Source: Octopus bimaculoides (Eukaryota). Taken from it: 64,000 bases of DNA. Below the pieces are notes generated by a model. The model was not told where the DNA came from. It ran no database searches and was given only the letters and a program-made list of their open reading frames with translations. Below, one piece after another: positions 13,987-26,539 of this stretch. The stretch lies in the NCBI RefSeq assembly GCF_001194135.2, contig NC_068983.1, positions 33,717,397 through 33,781,396 on the forward strand. The letters are read 5' to 3'. The first letter of the stretch is position 1, and each line of letters opens with the position of its first letter. Made by a program: the position numbers and the translations under genes.

Positions 13987-14768
13987 CAAATTACGAGTTG
14001 CAACAAAATTTTTGCCTCGCTTGCTAACGGAAGTACAAAAGTAGTCACAACTGAATTTATGTCGTGAACTAAAAGAACAATTGGAAATTGATCCGGACCT
14101 TTTTTTGAAGGTCATCGCTGTTGACGAAAGCTGGTGCTACGACTACGACCCAGAAACGAAGTAACAATCAATTCAATGGAAGCATTCAAAGTCACCACCA
14201 CCGAAAAAGCGCATCAAGTGAAGTCCAATGTCAAGAAGATGCTGATTTGTTTCATGGATGCGAAAAGAACAATATTTGCTCCTCCTGGTCAAATTGTTAT
14301 CCAGGCATTTTATTTGGCATTTCTGAAGCTTTGCTAGAGGTGGTGAGACGAAAACGCCCCAAACTGTGACAAAGTGGTGGGTTATTCACGAAGATGCTCC
14401 AGCACACAGCGACTTGAGTGATAGACAATTTTGACCAAAAATAGCATTACCCCACATACCCTCCCTCCCTATTCATCGGATCTTGCTCATTGTAACTTTT
14501 TTTTTTAGATCCCCCGAATAAAGAAAAAAATTCATAAAGGAAAACGTTTTGCACAAGTGGAAGAGGTGAAAGAAAAATCGACGGAAGCCTTAAACGGCAT
14601 CACTTTGAAAGAGTTCCAGGACTACTTCGAACAGTGGCAAACGAATCTGGACCGATGTATTGCTGCAAATGGAGAATACGCTGAAGGCGGTAAAAGTATA
14701 AGCATAAATAAACTAAGTGAACAAAATACATTGCGAAATTCCGGTTTCTTTTCGGTACTCTCTTGTAT
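13987..14768 (+). mobile_element. mariner (DD34D) transposase pseudogene, 5'-truncated, with 3' TIR-like end
   Basis: KFLPRLL (WVPxxL-like), VDESWCYDYDPETK, KSNVKKMLICF, HEDAPAH (HDNAPAH), YSSDLAHCNFF (YSPDLAPxDF), FEQWQTNLDRCIAANGEY; frameshifts and stops; ends ...tttcttttcggtactctcttgta. Confidence 0.92.
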
Positions 14769-14787
14769 GTAGCTATGCTTGTAACAT

Positions 14788-14818
14788 TATAATAATAATA
14801 ATAATCATAATAATAATC

Positions 14819-14862
<44 letters not shown>

Positions 14863-14949
14863 AATAATAATAATAATAATAACAATAATAATAATAATAA
14901 TAATGATAATAATAATAATAATAATAATAATAGTAGCAGCAGCAGTAGC

Positions 14950-15006
<57 letters not shown>
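14788..15006. repeat. Compound (TAA)n/(TAG)n microsatellite
   Basis: Seen directly. Confidence 0.95.
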
Positions 15007-15008
<2 letters not shown>

Positions 15009-15163
15009 GCACTGCACACATCCTACGCAAAACACTTTCAATACAGTAACCATAATAGCATCACAGCAAACCACACCACATACCCAAGGCACACAGAGCT
15101 GCGCTCGGTAGTGAAGCACGTTATAAAAATAAAACTACTGAACAATAATAATAATAATAATAA
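15007..15163 (+). mobile_element. Extreme 3' end of an RLE-type LINE with 3' UTR and (TAA)n tail
   Basis: GTAHILRKTLSIQ* (LLGTAxILR C-terminal motif), then about 90-bp UTR and (AAT)n. Confidence 0.75.
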
Positions 15164-15369
15164 TCCGTTCTACTAAATGCACAAGGCTTGAAATTTGGGG
15201 GAGGGGAGTAATCGATTATATCGGCTCCACTTCTCAACTGGCCCTTAATTTATCGACCCCAAACTGATCTAAGTCAAAGTCGTCCTCGGTAGGGTTTGAG
15301 CTCAGAACGTTAGGACGGACGAAATACCTTAAAGCGTTTCGCCCGGCGTGCTAACGATTTTTCCAGCTC
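15163..15369 (-). mobile_element. tRNA-derived SINE (family A)
   Basis: Minus head ccgagctggaaaatcgttagcacgccgggcg..., B-box-like GAGCTCAAACCC; body matches the other copies. Confidence 0.85.
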
Positions 15370-15370
15370 G

Positions 15371-15592
15371 GTTTCAAATTCTAGCACAAGGCCAGTAATT
15401 TCAGAGAAACGGGGAAAATGGATTGCATTAACGTTAGAGCTCGATTTGTACTTATTTTAGCGACCCCCGAGAGGATGAAAGGCGAACTCGATCTCGGCGA
15501 AACTTGAACTCAGAACATAAAGACGGACAAAATGCTCCTAAGTATTTTGTCCGGTAATCTTACGATTCCATTCGCTAATCGCCCAAATAATA
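15371..15592 (-). mobile_element. tRNA-derived SINE (family A), second tandem copy
   Basis: Same body (gcacaaggccagtaatttc...gtacttattttagcgacc..gaggatgaaaggc...gaactcagaacataaagacggac). Confidence 0.85.
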
Positions 15593-15607
15593 ATGGTAAT
15601 AACAATA

Positions 15608-15654
<47 letters not shown>

Positions 15655-15703
15655 AATGATAATGATAAGGATAATGATAATAATAATAATAATAATAATG
15701 ATA

Positions 15704-15770
<67 letters not shown>

Positions 15771-15802
15771 TGATGACGATGATGATGGTGATGATGATGA
15801 TG

Positions 15803-15845
<43 letters not shown>

Positions 15846-15850
15846 TGATA

Positions 15851-15893
<43 letters not shown>

Positions 15894-15921
15894 TGATGAC
15901 GATGATGATGGTGATGATGAT
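15593..15921. repeat. Compound (TAA/TGA)n microsatellite with an internal higher-order duplication
   Basis: The same ordered interruption pattern occurs twice. Confidence 0.9.
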
Positions 15922-18900
15922 GGTTCCATTAAAGGGCGTTTTCATCGTTTTTGTCTCGAAATTAGTGCCTAGCATCCCTAATATCAATTTGAATAATTAT
16001 GATGCATTCCAGATTTAGCACGAAACCACTAAAATGAGAAAGACAAACAAAAAACAAGAAACAAAACAAACGAAAATTGCTGCAGCGATGTATAATCGAT
16101 TGAAATGAGTCCTCTTTAGAAATTTAATTTTTTCTTTTAAATTTTACTTTAAAGATATTTTCAGCAATTATAAAAGTGGTCTTTCTCTAGAACTAAGGCG
16201 CTGCATTCTGTAGCATTAATCATATGGCTAGTAGATTATGAATAGTTAACTGGCCATATGGTTTCTGTAACTTCCATTTTGTTTTTCTTTTTAGCAATAA
16301 ATGACCAAAGATGCTCAAAAGGCATAAGACAACATCTGCAGTGAAGTGCAGTCACCAATCGATAACGTATTGTGTATTGCCCAAGGAAATTTCCAAGACT
16401 CGATAGAGTGGTACAATGTATGATGACAAATCAATTCATTAGGTTTAAAATCTAATCAAGAATATGAAATATCTGAAAAATGTTGGCAACCGTTTCTGGA
16501 TGAAGTTTACATAGTGTCTGTTTGTTTTCATCTATTAGGCATGATCAATACAATGCCCATAAACAATTATAGGGTCTCCGAAACGGGTAGCAGACTGAAA
16601 GGATAATATTCCCAAACCAGAAACCCAACATGAGTGCGTAAAACAGAATGGACTCCTCTGAACCCTTTCAAAGAATCAGGTGATGGTGTCAAGTCAACAG
16701 TAATAGAACTAATGTTACAATTTTTCTAGTGGACTTCCGTATTTTCAGAATTGAGCACTAGCAGGGTTGTTATTCTGATATGTTTTTCCAATCGATGAAG
16801 CTACACAAAAAAAAAAAAAAATTCACAATAAAAACATTTAGATGTTACTATTTCTTTTTATTTTTCACTATTTTGTTGTTCCTTAAGTATAAAGGTTATT
16901 TATATACTCGGTTTCTCGTGGTTTACCAGATTTAAACACACACTGGAATCGATTAAATATACTAGTAATAGGAATTAGGTGGTCTACAAGATTTGATGTG
17001 CACATAGGAATTATACAAATAAGTCATAACTCATACAAAACTCGTCATATCAGACATCGCAGATAAGATACGGAGATGTCGACATTAAATAATGTAGTGT
17101 TAAATATCTCTAGAAACGAAATAGTCTTGACGGGAATGGTTTTGATTGTAGTTCTGCTTCCTCAGTGTTGTTCTAGGGATAAACAAAAACGACTAGTAAG
17201 TTATAATTAGGCTCAAAGATGTTATTTTGCGTGTTGGAAGCAGTCTATCGCTATGGACTCTTGAAACAGCCCAGTATGCATTGAAAATAAAGAAAACTAC
17301 AAGATTAGCAAAGTTATAACACCAGAATATTCGATTATGTTCTTTAACAGACAAACAAGCAGTTTATACTTTTTACACTGCAATAATGAATGTTCACAAA
17401 ATATTCTGATTCTATTGTTAATGCCGCTCTATGTCCATTGTCAACATACTTAGCGTTTGATAGACTTCTTTTATTACATATATGCGGCTAACATTGCCAG
17501 ATATAACTGTTGTAAAGACTGGACGACACGTTTCCTTTTCGGAGCTTTGCACCACTTGAGATTATAATATAAAAATACGCCGAATTTAATTAATGTATCC
17601 AAGTTTAAATCAGACGACGTCACTGAATTTCTAGGCAATGAATTTAATTGTCCATAAGTCATAAGACCATTGGATTTCTTCAGGTATAGGATAGATACCA
17701 TTTTAACTGTACTGGTAAATTTTCAATATTTCTAGATCTATAAACACTTCTTGCCCTTCTCAAAGGTCATGTACTTAATCTTGGAATCTAATAAAATCTC
17801 GAATAAAGTGTCAAAATGAAACAGCTTCAGCGGAATGGATGTCTCCGTAATAATTAGTAGTTCAATACTCTAAACACCTCACATTTTAGCAGCTATTCTT
17901 CAATAATATCCGTCTTGTATTGAAAACAAACTGAATGATATGACTAAAGGAACGTGTCAAACTATTTACGAAATAATAATCTTCACGTGAATAGTAAATT
18001 CGACCATTTCTAATCAGGAGGTGAGATAAATTTGTAAGGAAACACTGAAGCAGATGATGGAAATTCATAGGTGGTGTGATGACAATGATGAAGTGGAAGA
18101 AGTTAATAGAAAGATTTCGATTAAGGTAACTTTTGAAACGGTAATCGGCACAATTGTAAAGCCAAATTCCTGGTGATGCATGTGAATAAAGTTGAACAAG
18201 GTCTTGCTCACTGAATTATCGGAATTTGTGAAACAATCTATTGAAAACCGAAAATAATTTCCTGACAAATATGAGAAATATTTCTGAAACAGATAAATTC
18301 TTGGAGTTTGAACTTAGTGTATGCACTTAATGATAACAACAACAACAACAACAACAATAATAATAATAAAAGATGTTGCTGATGAAGAAGATGATGATGA
18401 TGATGATTAAGAAGACGAGCAAGATTAGATTTTACATTTATTAACCGGTGTGGCCCATAGATTCAGAACAAAAACCTTAAAATGTACTACAAATCATGTG
18501 AGAGAGCACGTACGTACTAATATAAAATGCTGGATGTGGTAAATACGTTCTATAATATATGAAGCTACTAAAATTTGTAATTAAAAAGAGGCATATTACT
18601 CAAGATCAGTAAATATATCCATTTGCAATAAATGACTGTGCCTTATAGATATTTTGTTCCAATGCTTTAATGTACAATACAACATTGTAATAAATTTTCT
18701 GATAAAACTATTTGCATAGTTAGATATAAACATCTTAGACACATACATACACTCACACCTACACAATAAATTTGAAAACAGAAGAGACCAACAGGACTAG
18801 TTACAGTCATCTATTGAGATATTTACGGTGCCTGGATACCTAATTTAAAATGTTACACCCATAATACTTATAAACCCAATATAAGCTAAATGCTTCAGTT

Positions 18901-20289
18901 AGGTGGATAGAGTAGCTTGCTTCTAAAACACACTCGTGAACTAGTTTTATTGATAAACTCATGTGTGTTAAGGCTATGCTGTGATATTGCGTCTTGTCAG
19001 TCAAAGGCTATTTCATCTTACTTTCTGGCCAGATTCCAGTTCATTAGAAATTAATGTAGTTTACTCCTTTGTTTAAAGTAGGATAAACAAAATTTACTCT
19101 ATCCAGTGTCAGATAAATAGTACTTAATATACACAATTTTAAACAGAGTAAAAACGCTGGGGTGAACATTTCTCGAAACAAAAAGTAAATATTTTATTAA
19201 AGTCTAAGTAAATCCAACAACCGCGTGAAGTGAGAGATCTGCAGACCAACAATCTAACTACATTCATTAGTGAACCCAATGACCTGAAGCTGATACACCT
19301 AAACATGCACACTTAATTACAAAGGTGTGCATGCATGAATAAATACTAACAACTTGTTGTTCTATAAATTTAATCAATAAAATGTCTCCATACCATCTTC
19401 CAACCACAGCCTACCATATAGTCTAATTATCATTCAACAGAACTCAAGTTACAATAGAATATTTTAACTTAACAGAGACTATATAAAGCCGACATGAACT
19501 TAAATGCACGATGGCTTAGCATACACACACATTTACATACACACACATTTACATACACACACACATATATATAAAGATACGTGTTTGTGTTGTGTGTATG
19601 TGCGTGTATCTTTGTATGTGCATTTGTGTGCGTGCATATATNNNNNNNNNNNNNNNNNNNNNNNNNNNNNNNNNNNNNNNNNNNNNNNNNNNNNNNNNNN
19701 NNNNNNNNNNNNNNNNNNNNNNNNNNNNNNNNNNNNNNNNNNNNNNNNNNNNNNNNNNNNNNNNNNNNNNNNNNNNNNNNNNNNNNNNNNNNNNNNNNNN
19801 NNATATATATATATATATACATGCATACATACACATACATACATACATATGTATGTGTGAATTTCTGGTATGTGTGTAGTACACACTGTATACGATACGT
19901 CCATCTTAGTGTTGCGTGTGCATTTATATACACATATATATGTTCATAAATATATGTGTTTATATAAGCATGCATACGTATATACACATACAACAGTTGA
20001 ATTCATTACTTTTCTATGTTTCCCGATCGAATGTTTTATAATCTCATCTCACTCTTTAAGGGCGAAGATGAAACATCAATAATTTGTTTCCATTTTTCAA
20101 GTGACGACAGAAAAAAAAATGCTTATAGACAAATAAATGTTATATATAGGCAAAGCAGTCTCTTTATATTCTATACATTTCCAACCTGTATTTACGTCTT
20201 TGTTTGCAGTATTAAATCATCGTGGTTCTTCAAAATCTGGTAAAGACTTCAACTGTCAATATTCTCCAAATCGATATTGATTTGAAAAC

Positions 20290-20715
20290 CTTATTATTAT
20301 TATTATTGAGTGAGAGAGCAATTCATACACTGGGGTACAAATATACGTAGCCCAATATACCCATCATGATTACCCGTCTAATAAGGGCAAACGACCATAT
20401 GTGCGCGACATGGTGATATTATACCAAGATAAACAGCGAATAAACTTACAGATGCGGCCCAGTTAGAATTTTTTCATGTCGCGTAGCACATCCCACTCAA
20501 AAGGTCCCTGAATAAGGTTTGTTTAAAGATGATGGACGTAATACCCATATTTCCAACGGTGAATTATTCAAACCGTTTAGAATTCCTCTTAACACACGGC
20601 TATAATGCTCCCCTTCTGCTTCTGCTTGTGATCAGAGATGCACATATAGTCAGTCATTAACGGACATGCTCAACTGGTTGTAGTCAAACGACTGACAAGC
20701 AAATCTACGTCATTG
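20290..20715 (-). mobile_element. SINE-like interspersed repeat with (TAA)n tail
   Basis: GC-richer block ending in (TTA)n on the plus strand; resembles a recalled common Octopus repeat (aaaaggtccctgaataagg...gtgatcagagatgcacatat...gacatgctcaactgg); no second copy in the window. Confidence 0.55.
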
Positions 20716-20825
20716 CAGTAGCCCATCATTTATATCAAGACAAAACGTGTACATAACACTTCCAAACAGTTTAGACAAGAAACCCTGAGAGCCACTGCCT
20801 CCTACTGCATCAGAATTGCAGCTGT

Positions 20826-20861
20826 CATTGATGTTGTTGGTGTTGTTGTTGTTGTCATTGA

Positions 20862-20913
<52 letters not shown>

Positions 20914-20925
20914 CTTCTTCTTCTT

Positions 20926-20995
<70 letters not shown>
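20826..20995. repeat. Compound (GTT)n(CTT)n(ATT)n microsatellite
   Basis: Seen directly. Confidence 0.95.
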
Positions 20996-21987
20996 GATTC
21001 GTTAACATCTTCAGTATTTCGATTATTTGCATTTTTCTTGGAGGGACATTTGTTCTACACAAGAATTCATTAGTTGCATGGAAAGAGGTTTTCCACAAGT
21101 GAAAGATGCATTATTGTAATTTACAAATGTTTGTGTGCGTATGTGTGTGTGTGTGTGTGTGTGAGTGAAAAGAGAGAGAAATTAAGTTAGACAGAGTGAG
21201 GAAATGAGTGGAAGAAAGGGAAGATATAAATGAGAGAGGGAATCAGAGAATACCGAATTTTCACGTACTAAAAAGTTACTTACCATGCAAATAGTATTAG
21301 AGAAAGAAAAAAAAACTCCCCTAAAAGATTCAACAGCAGCAATATAATGATGTCTACAAGGTTGTATTGTGAGTACAAGATATTTTGTCGGACGATGGGC
21401 TGTACAAATAGAATACATAAAAGGCTTAATAGAGGAGCAAGAAGGTTATTTAAAGAGAGAGATTACAACATGGCTGAAACTAGAAAGTAATTATAAACAA
21501 ATATTTATATTATTACACCCTTTTTTTTTTTACCTTGTAAATACGTATGAGTTATATATTTCTCTTGTTTTTATTTCTACGAAATGATATAATTTCCTTT
21601 GCTGTTGCTATTTGTGTAGATACAACATCATAATCATAAATTTCATTATTAGTCGTAGTATTCTCGTTGTCTTATATTTTATTGCTTTTATTGAACAAGC
21701 GAGCACAGTTTTGTCTGCCCCGGGTACGAAGTGTTTATTTTGTTCGCATATTATTGTTTTTTTTCTGCTCCATTGAATGTACGACACATAATATCTCAGC
21801 AGCGCTTAGTAATACTATTTTCTGTAGGCAGTGCATGAGTGCCAGATTTAGTTATATATCTGACTACGTCTTTTCTTTTTAGTTCTAAAGAAAGTTTCTT
21901 CGATTTTCTATTCTAGCATTCTCCTTATTATAATACCCAGATTTTGCTCATAGTCGTATTTTCATATATGATGTTGATGTTGTCACT

Positions 21988-21988
21988 G

Positions 21989-22023
<35 letters not shown>

Positions 22024-22024
22024 G

Positions 22025-22077
<53 letters not shown>

Positions 22078-22095
22078 GCCGCTGCTGCTGCTGCT
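21988..22095. repeat. (CTA)n microsatellite
   Basis: Seen directly. Confidence 0.95.
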
Positions 22096-22225
22096 TCTAC
22101 CGCCTATCATTATTTTTAAAGCGATGAGCCAAAAGAATCGTTACAACATCGGCAACAATGTCTTGATACACTTTCCAAGCATTTTACATTAATACATATA
22201 TATATATATATGTATACATATATAC

Positions 22226-22269
<44 letters not shown>

Positions 22270-22298
22270 GTGTCTGTGTGTGGGGGTGTAGTAAAACG

Positions 22299-22797
22299 AG
22301 TTGCCACATCAAAGTCGCAGGTGAATGTTTTCGATGCAACGTTCTGCATCCTTTATATACAATATATCGCTAGGAGGGGGAGCAAACTCGTACTAAGCTC
22401 TATCAGCCAACAAGATCGGGGGACTGGCCAGTTTCGAGCCATATGGCTCTTCGTCAGCCGCACGCACATGCGCAATGGTGTGATAGCTAAGATCCGCTTC
22501 TGCCAGTGATATATTGTAAACAAAGTGACCATCGGTCACTGATTTGCAACAAGCAAAGTAGCTAGTTATAAAATCTCAAGTAGAGATAGAGTAGTTACGT
22601 TTACTAAACAGTAGAGCGATTTGCCACATCGAAGCGGCAGTTGAATGTTACTGCTAGTTTAAGCCCAGGCAGATTCTGATGGAGGTTAGTAGGGGTTCGC
22701 TCCCCTTGCCAGCGATATATTATATGTAAATATGCAGCTGGTGAGGAATCTACTTGGAGTTAAACTAGTAGTAAGTTCACCTGCCACTTTGATCACA
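22299..22797. mobile_element. Mosaic of direct and inverted partial repeats surrounding a hammerhead (PLE pLTR-like)
   Basis: Unit 22620-22730 recurs as a direct partial copy at 22299-22329 and as inverted partial copies at 22351-22406 and 22744-22797. Confidence 0.75.
22417..22461 (-). ncRNA. Type-I minimal hammerhead ribozyme, intact core
   Basis: Minus: TGCGG-CTGACGA-A-GAGCC-ATAT-GGCTC-GAA-ACTGGCCAGT-C-CCCCG; all core nucleotides present, 5-bp stem II, 10-nt palindromic stem III, GUC triplet; stem I short with one C.C mismatch. Confidence 0.85.
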
Positions 22798-22799
22798 CC

Positions 22800-23665
22800 T
22801 GCAGTTAATTCCCTGAGAATGGACAACAACTTGTCAAACTTTTCAAATGGTCGTTTTCCAGGAATTATAGAATCTGGTACCTAGTTGTAAAGTATCGTGA
22901 AAGATTCTCAACAACAAATTACGTATCTCAAAATCTTTGCTGTCCCTAAAGACAAACATTCTGTAAGAGCTCTACCGGACATTCTATTTCAGTCTCCTTC
23001 AGCCATTTGTCTACATCATCTAGACTTACTGTTCCCAATACACCAATTATTGTAGGCACGACATTGTATTTTTTTTCTTCCTCTTTCTTTACAATCCTGA
23101 AATCAAACGGACATGTTGGGTGGATGAGTAAGCAACCTCACTTTTCCTTAACTATAATCGTTATGCCTGGTCTATTATCTTCTAATTTATTATCCGTTTG
23201 AATAGGTAAGTCCCACAAAATCTTGCATTTCTCCGACTCCAATACTCTTTCTACTCAATGATGTTACCGTGTGTTTCCAGCTTCAAATCCCCATTTCTTC
23301 CTCTATTTCTTATATTCCCCCTGTGCCAACTTCTGGCATCTCGTCACAATGTGTGCTACTGTCTCGTTCCAGGCGTCACAGGCTCTATGTATTTCGGACA
23401 CATTCTATATATATACATATATTATATCAAGTTCTTTGTTATCATCGCTTGATCTTGAGCTGCTACAATTAGGCTCCCTGTTTGTTTTTTAGTGGCCTCT
23501 TTTTTAACCAAACCGAGCACTTTGTTCCACATACGTCTTTAGTGACTCTCAAAAACTGGCCATACAAAGGTTTCTCTTCGATCTGTCTAAAGTGCTCTTG
23601 CTCTCTGTGTATTTCATTTTTTTCCTTTTCTCCTATTACGTACTTCATCAATTGTTCTTCATTAG
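22800..23665 (-). mobile_element. RLE-type (R4/Dong-like) LINE remnant: zinc knuckle, restriction-like endonuclease and 3' UTR
   Basis: EEKPLYGQFLR, RACDAWNETVAHIVTRCQKLAQGEYKK (CCHC-like), KILWDLPIQTDNKLEDNRPGI (PD-like), VVPTIIGVLG, PVELLQNVCL.GTAKILR; stops and frameshifts. Confidence 0.88.
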
Positions 23666-23670
23666 CTGTC

Positions 23671-23671
<1 letters not shown>

Positions 23672-23720
<49 letters not shown>

Positions 23721-23872
23721 TACTATTATTATTATTATTATAACTCTTCTTCTTTTCTCCTCCTCCTCTGCCTTCTTCTTCTTCTTCTTCTTCTTCTTCT
23801 TCTTCTTCTTCTTCTTCTTCTTCTTCTTCTTCTTCTTCTTCTTCTTCTTCTTCCTCTCCTTCTTCTTCATGC
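23672..23872. repeat. (TTA)n/(TTC)n microsatellite, tail of the adjacent LINE
   Basis: Directly follows the 3' end of the minus-strand LINE at 23880. Confidence 0.9.
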
Positions 23873-23879
23873 TGGTGCT

Positions 23880-24520
23880 GTTGTTACATGCAACAATAAT
23901 TAGAGTGTATGTCATCTTGAAGTTCGGTGCGAACAAGATTCCTGAAATATCAACTCTCCATCGCTGAATTCTGACAGGATCTCACTTTTCTGCAGTCAAC
24001 AATGGACTCTCAGTTCCAATATTCCTCACCATCGTAGCCAGCAGTTTTGATTCTGTGCAAAGTGTACCGATTATTACAGGAATAACTTTAACCTTAGTTT
24101 CCCCAATCTCTTCACTTGTCTTTCTAGGTCCCGATATGTCTGAATGTTCTCGATTTCTTCAGTATCTACTGTATTGTCAAATGGTATTGCAATGTCAGTA
24201 AGCTTGAATTGTTCGTTTTTGTCTCTAAAATTATATTTGGTCTTCTTGCTTATAAATAATGATCAGTCTTTATGACGAAATCTCATAAAATCTTGCTTTT
24301 TAATCTTCATCGCATCCTCTGGTTCGTGCTCATAGTACTTTTCTTCGACTTTGAATCCATACATTCGGCTAACATCTTAATGCACTCTTTTGTAGACACA
24401 ATCATGCGTGCATTTATATTCTTTTTGTGCATTCATCTATCATTATTTGACGTTGATCTGCTGAAAGAACGTGAGAATATTCTTCTCTTCCTTCGTCAAT
24501 AACGGAGACACTCGTGCGTA
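23880..24520 (-). mobile_element. Second RLE-type LINE 3' remnant
   Basis: YGFKVEEKYYEHEPE...KTDHYL.ARRPNI...IAIPFDNTV...YRDL...PVIIGTL, read across frameshifts; ends in a (GAA)n(TAA)n tail. Confidence 0.85.
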
Positions 24521-24814
24521 TATTCAGAAATAGCAGCACTTGGAACGTAACGGAAATACAAGGTTGAACCTGACAGATTGGTGACGTGCTCGAGCTAGAG
24601 ATGACAGCAACTGAGAATACTATAAGCTTTGTTAATAACAGTGTTAATGTACGTGTGTTTGTGTTTCTAAACTAAATTGTTAACATTTCTTAATATATTG
24701 CTTTACATGCTTTATAAAATTATTACATCCCCAGGTGATTTGTAATCCATTTGTACGTCACGTTTTGTATTATAGATAAGGACTCACGAGGCCAATAACA
24801 GAATCACTATGATG

Positions 24815-24888
<74 letters not shown>

Positions 24889-24912
24889 TATTATTATTAT
24901 TATTACTATTAT
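24815..24912. repeat. (TAA)n abutting (TTA)n microsatellite
   Basis: Seen directly. Confidence 0.95.
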
Positions 24913-25844
24913 CATTTTATCATTATTGTTGTTGCTGTTGTTGCTACTACTGCTCAAATTCTTGTTCTTATTCACATTGGTGTTGTTGTTGAACCCGTTA
25001 CTGTTATGATTACTATTATTAAAACTATTATAATTAATGTTACCTCAATCTTGTTCTTGTCTTGTTTCTGTCCCTTACATTGATTCAGGATCGATAATGC
25101 TCACACGAAATTCTCTTAAGACTATAACAAATCAACTTAAATATATTTGCTTTGCCATTTGCAATTATCTGATTAAGCATTTGTTCATCAACTTACGTAC
25201 TTTAAAAATCATTTCCAATCGTCCATGAATTCTTTATTTCATTCATTGGAATTATTACGTTATTTAAGCTATATTATTTATTTTCAATTTTTGATAGATT
25301 AGAATTTTGTCTATTTATTTCTGTGTGTTTTTGACAATAACTATATCAAGAAATATTACACAAAACACAATGAATATGCAACATCTGTATGTGTAAGTGA
25401 GCGTATTTTATTAAGAAGAAAATCTTTTTAATATACAATGAAGGCACTTCAGAAAGTGTAGCAGAAGCTGGTAAAACTAAATTATTTCTTACATTTTCGT
25501 TTTAATAACGATCTATTTTATGGAAAGATATATAATGAAAAGGAATTATTGCAGTCTGATGGTGACATGCCTCCTCTCACAGGAAAATATTTATTTGATT
25601 CATCACATCCGATTACAACAACAACGTCAATAACAAGAACAATAATGACACCAGTAAGAATTCTAATAGAGATTTATTACATATACACAATGATAAAATG
25701 CTAAACTCTGCTAAGCAAGTGGATGGAAGATATTAGGAATACGAAAGAAAATATTAATAGTTAAACACATTACACACCTGCCCCAAATATTCAATAATAT
25801 AGATATATATATATATATAAACGTGAAGATCTGTGTCGCATTCG

Positions 25845-26085
25845 TTAAGGTGTGACACTCACGATCATTAGAACAATAGTGTAGGTTTTCGATCCAACTG
25901 GAAGCCAAACTGTTCCGAGCAAGAGAGTTAATTCAATGTGGCCCAATTCCATTTCGTTGTAAAAGAGTTCTAGCAAAAGCCGATAAGCTAATTCTGTGAG
26001 GGACCGGCATCCCGTTGAGGGGTAACGCTGCAGTTTTAGTCATTTTATACAACATGGCAACCGATTTAAGCTTCTAGTCATAGTG
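25845..26085 (+). mobile_element. Degenerate tRNA/CORE-type SINE
   Basis: Weak similarity to the 62382 copy (ctcacgatc...tcgatcc...gagcaaga...catcccgttgaggggtaacgctgcag). Confidence 0.4.
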
Positions 26086-26539
26086 ATCATAACGGACGCA
26101 GTTAAAATGCAATCCTAATAAAATGATGCTATTTTACAACTGGAACTCCTAAAACATGAATAAGACCTATGCATATATGTACTTTTTTTCCCTATATCAT
26201 ATAACCGAGATCATCAATTCAATGCCCTATTCGTTTCTGAATATCCATAGATGTTCTTGTGTAGCACTTTTGCTGTTTTTCCAGTTATTTTAAGATGAAA
26301 GGTAGCACATCAATACGTTTACCATGCTTCCCCCATCCCTCACGCAGCTTCTTTTCGAGGAAATAAGTTTCTTTCATGCTCATTTGGTATTCTCGCTTTG
26401 GCTATGGGCGTTTTAACTTCTTTTATTAATTTGCCCATAATAACATGCTAGAAAATTATAAAGTTTAAAAGGTCCCTAGACTTTTATGATTGTACAACTG
26501 ATCTGTAGACCCCATTACACTAACCTGAGACCGACAGGA

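Noticed and set aside
17474-17760. Possible very decayed LINE RT on the minus strand
   Set aside because: Motif similarity too weak to support.
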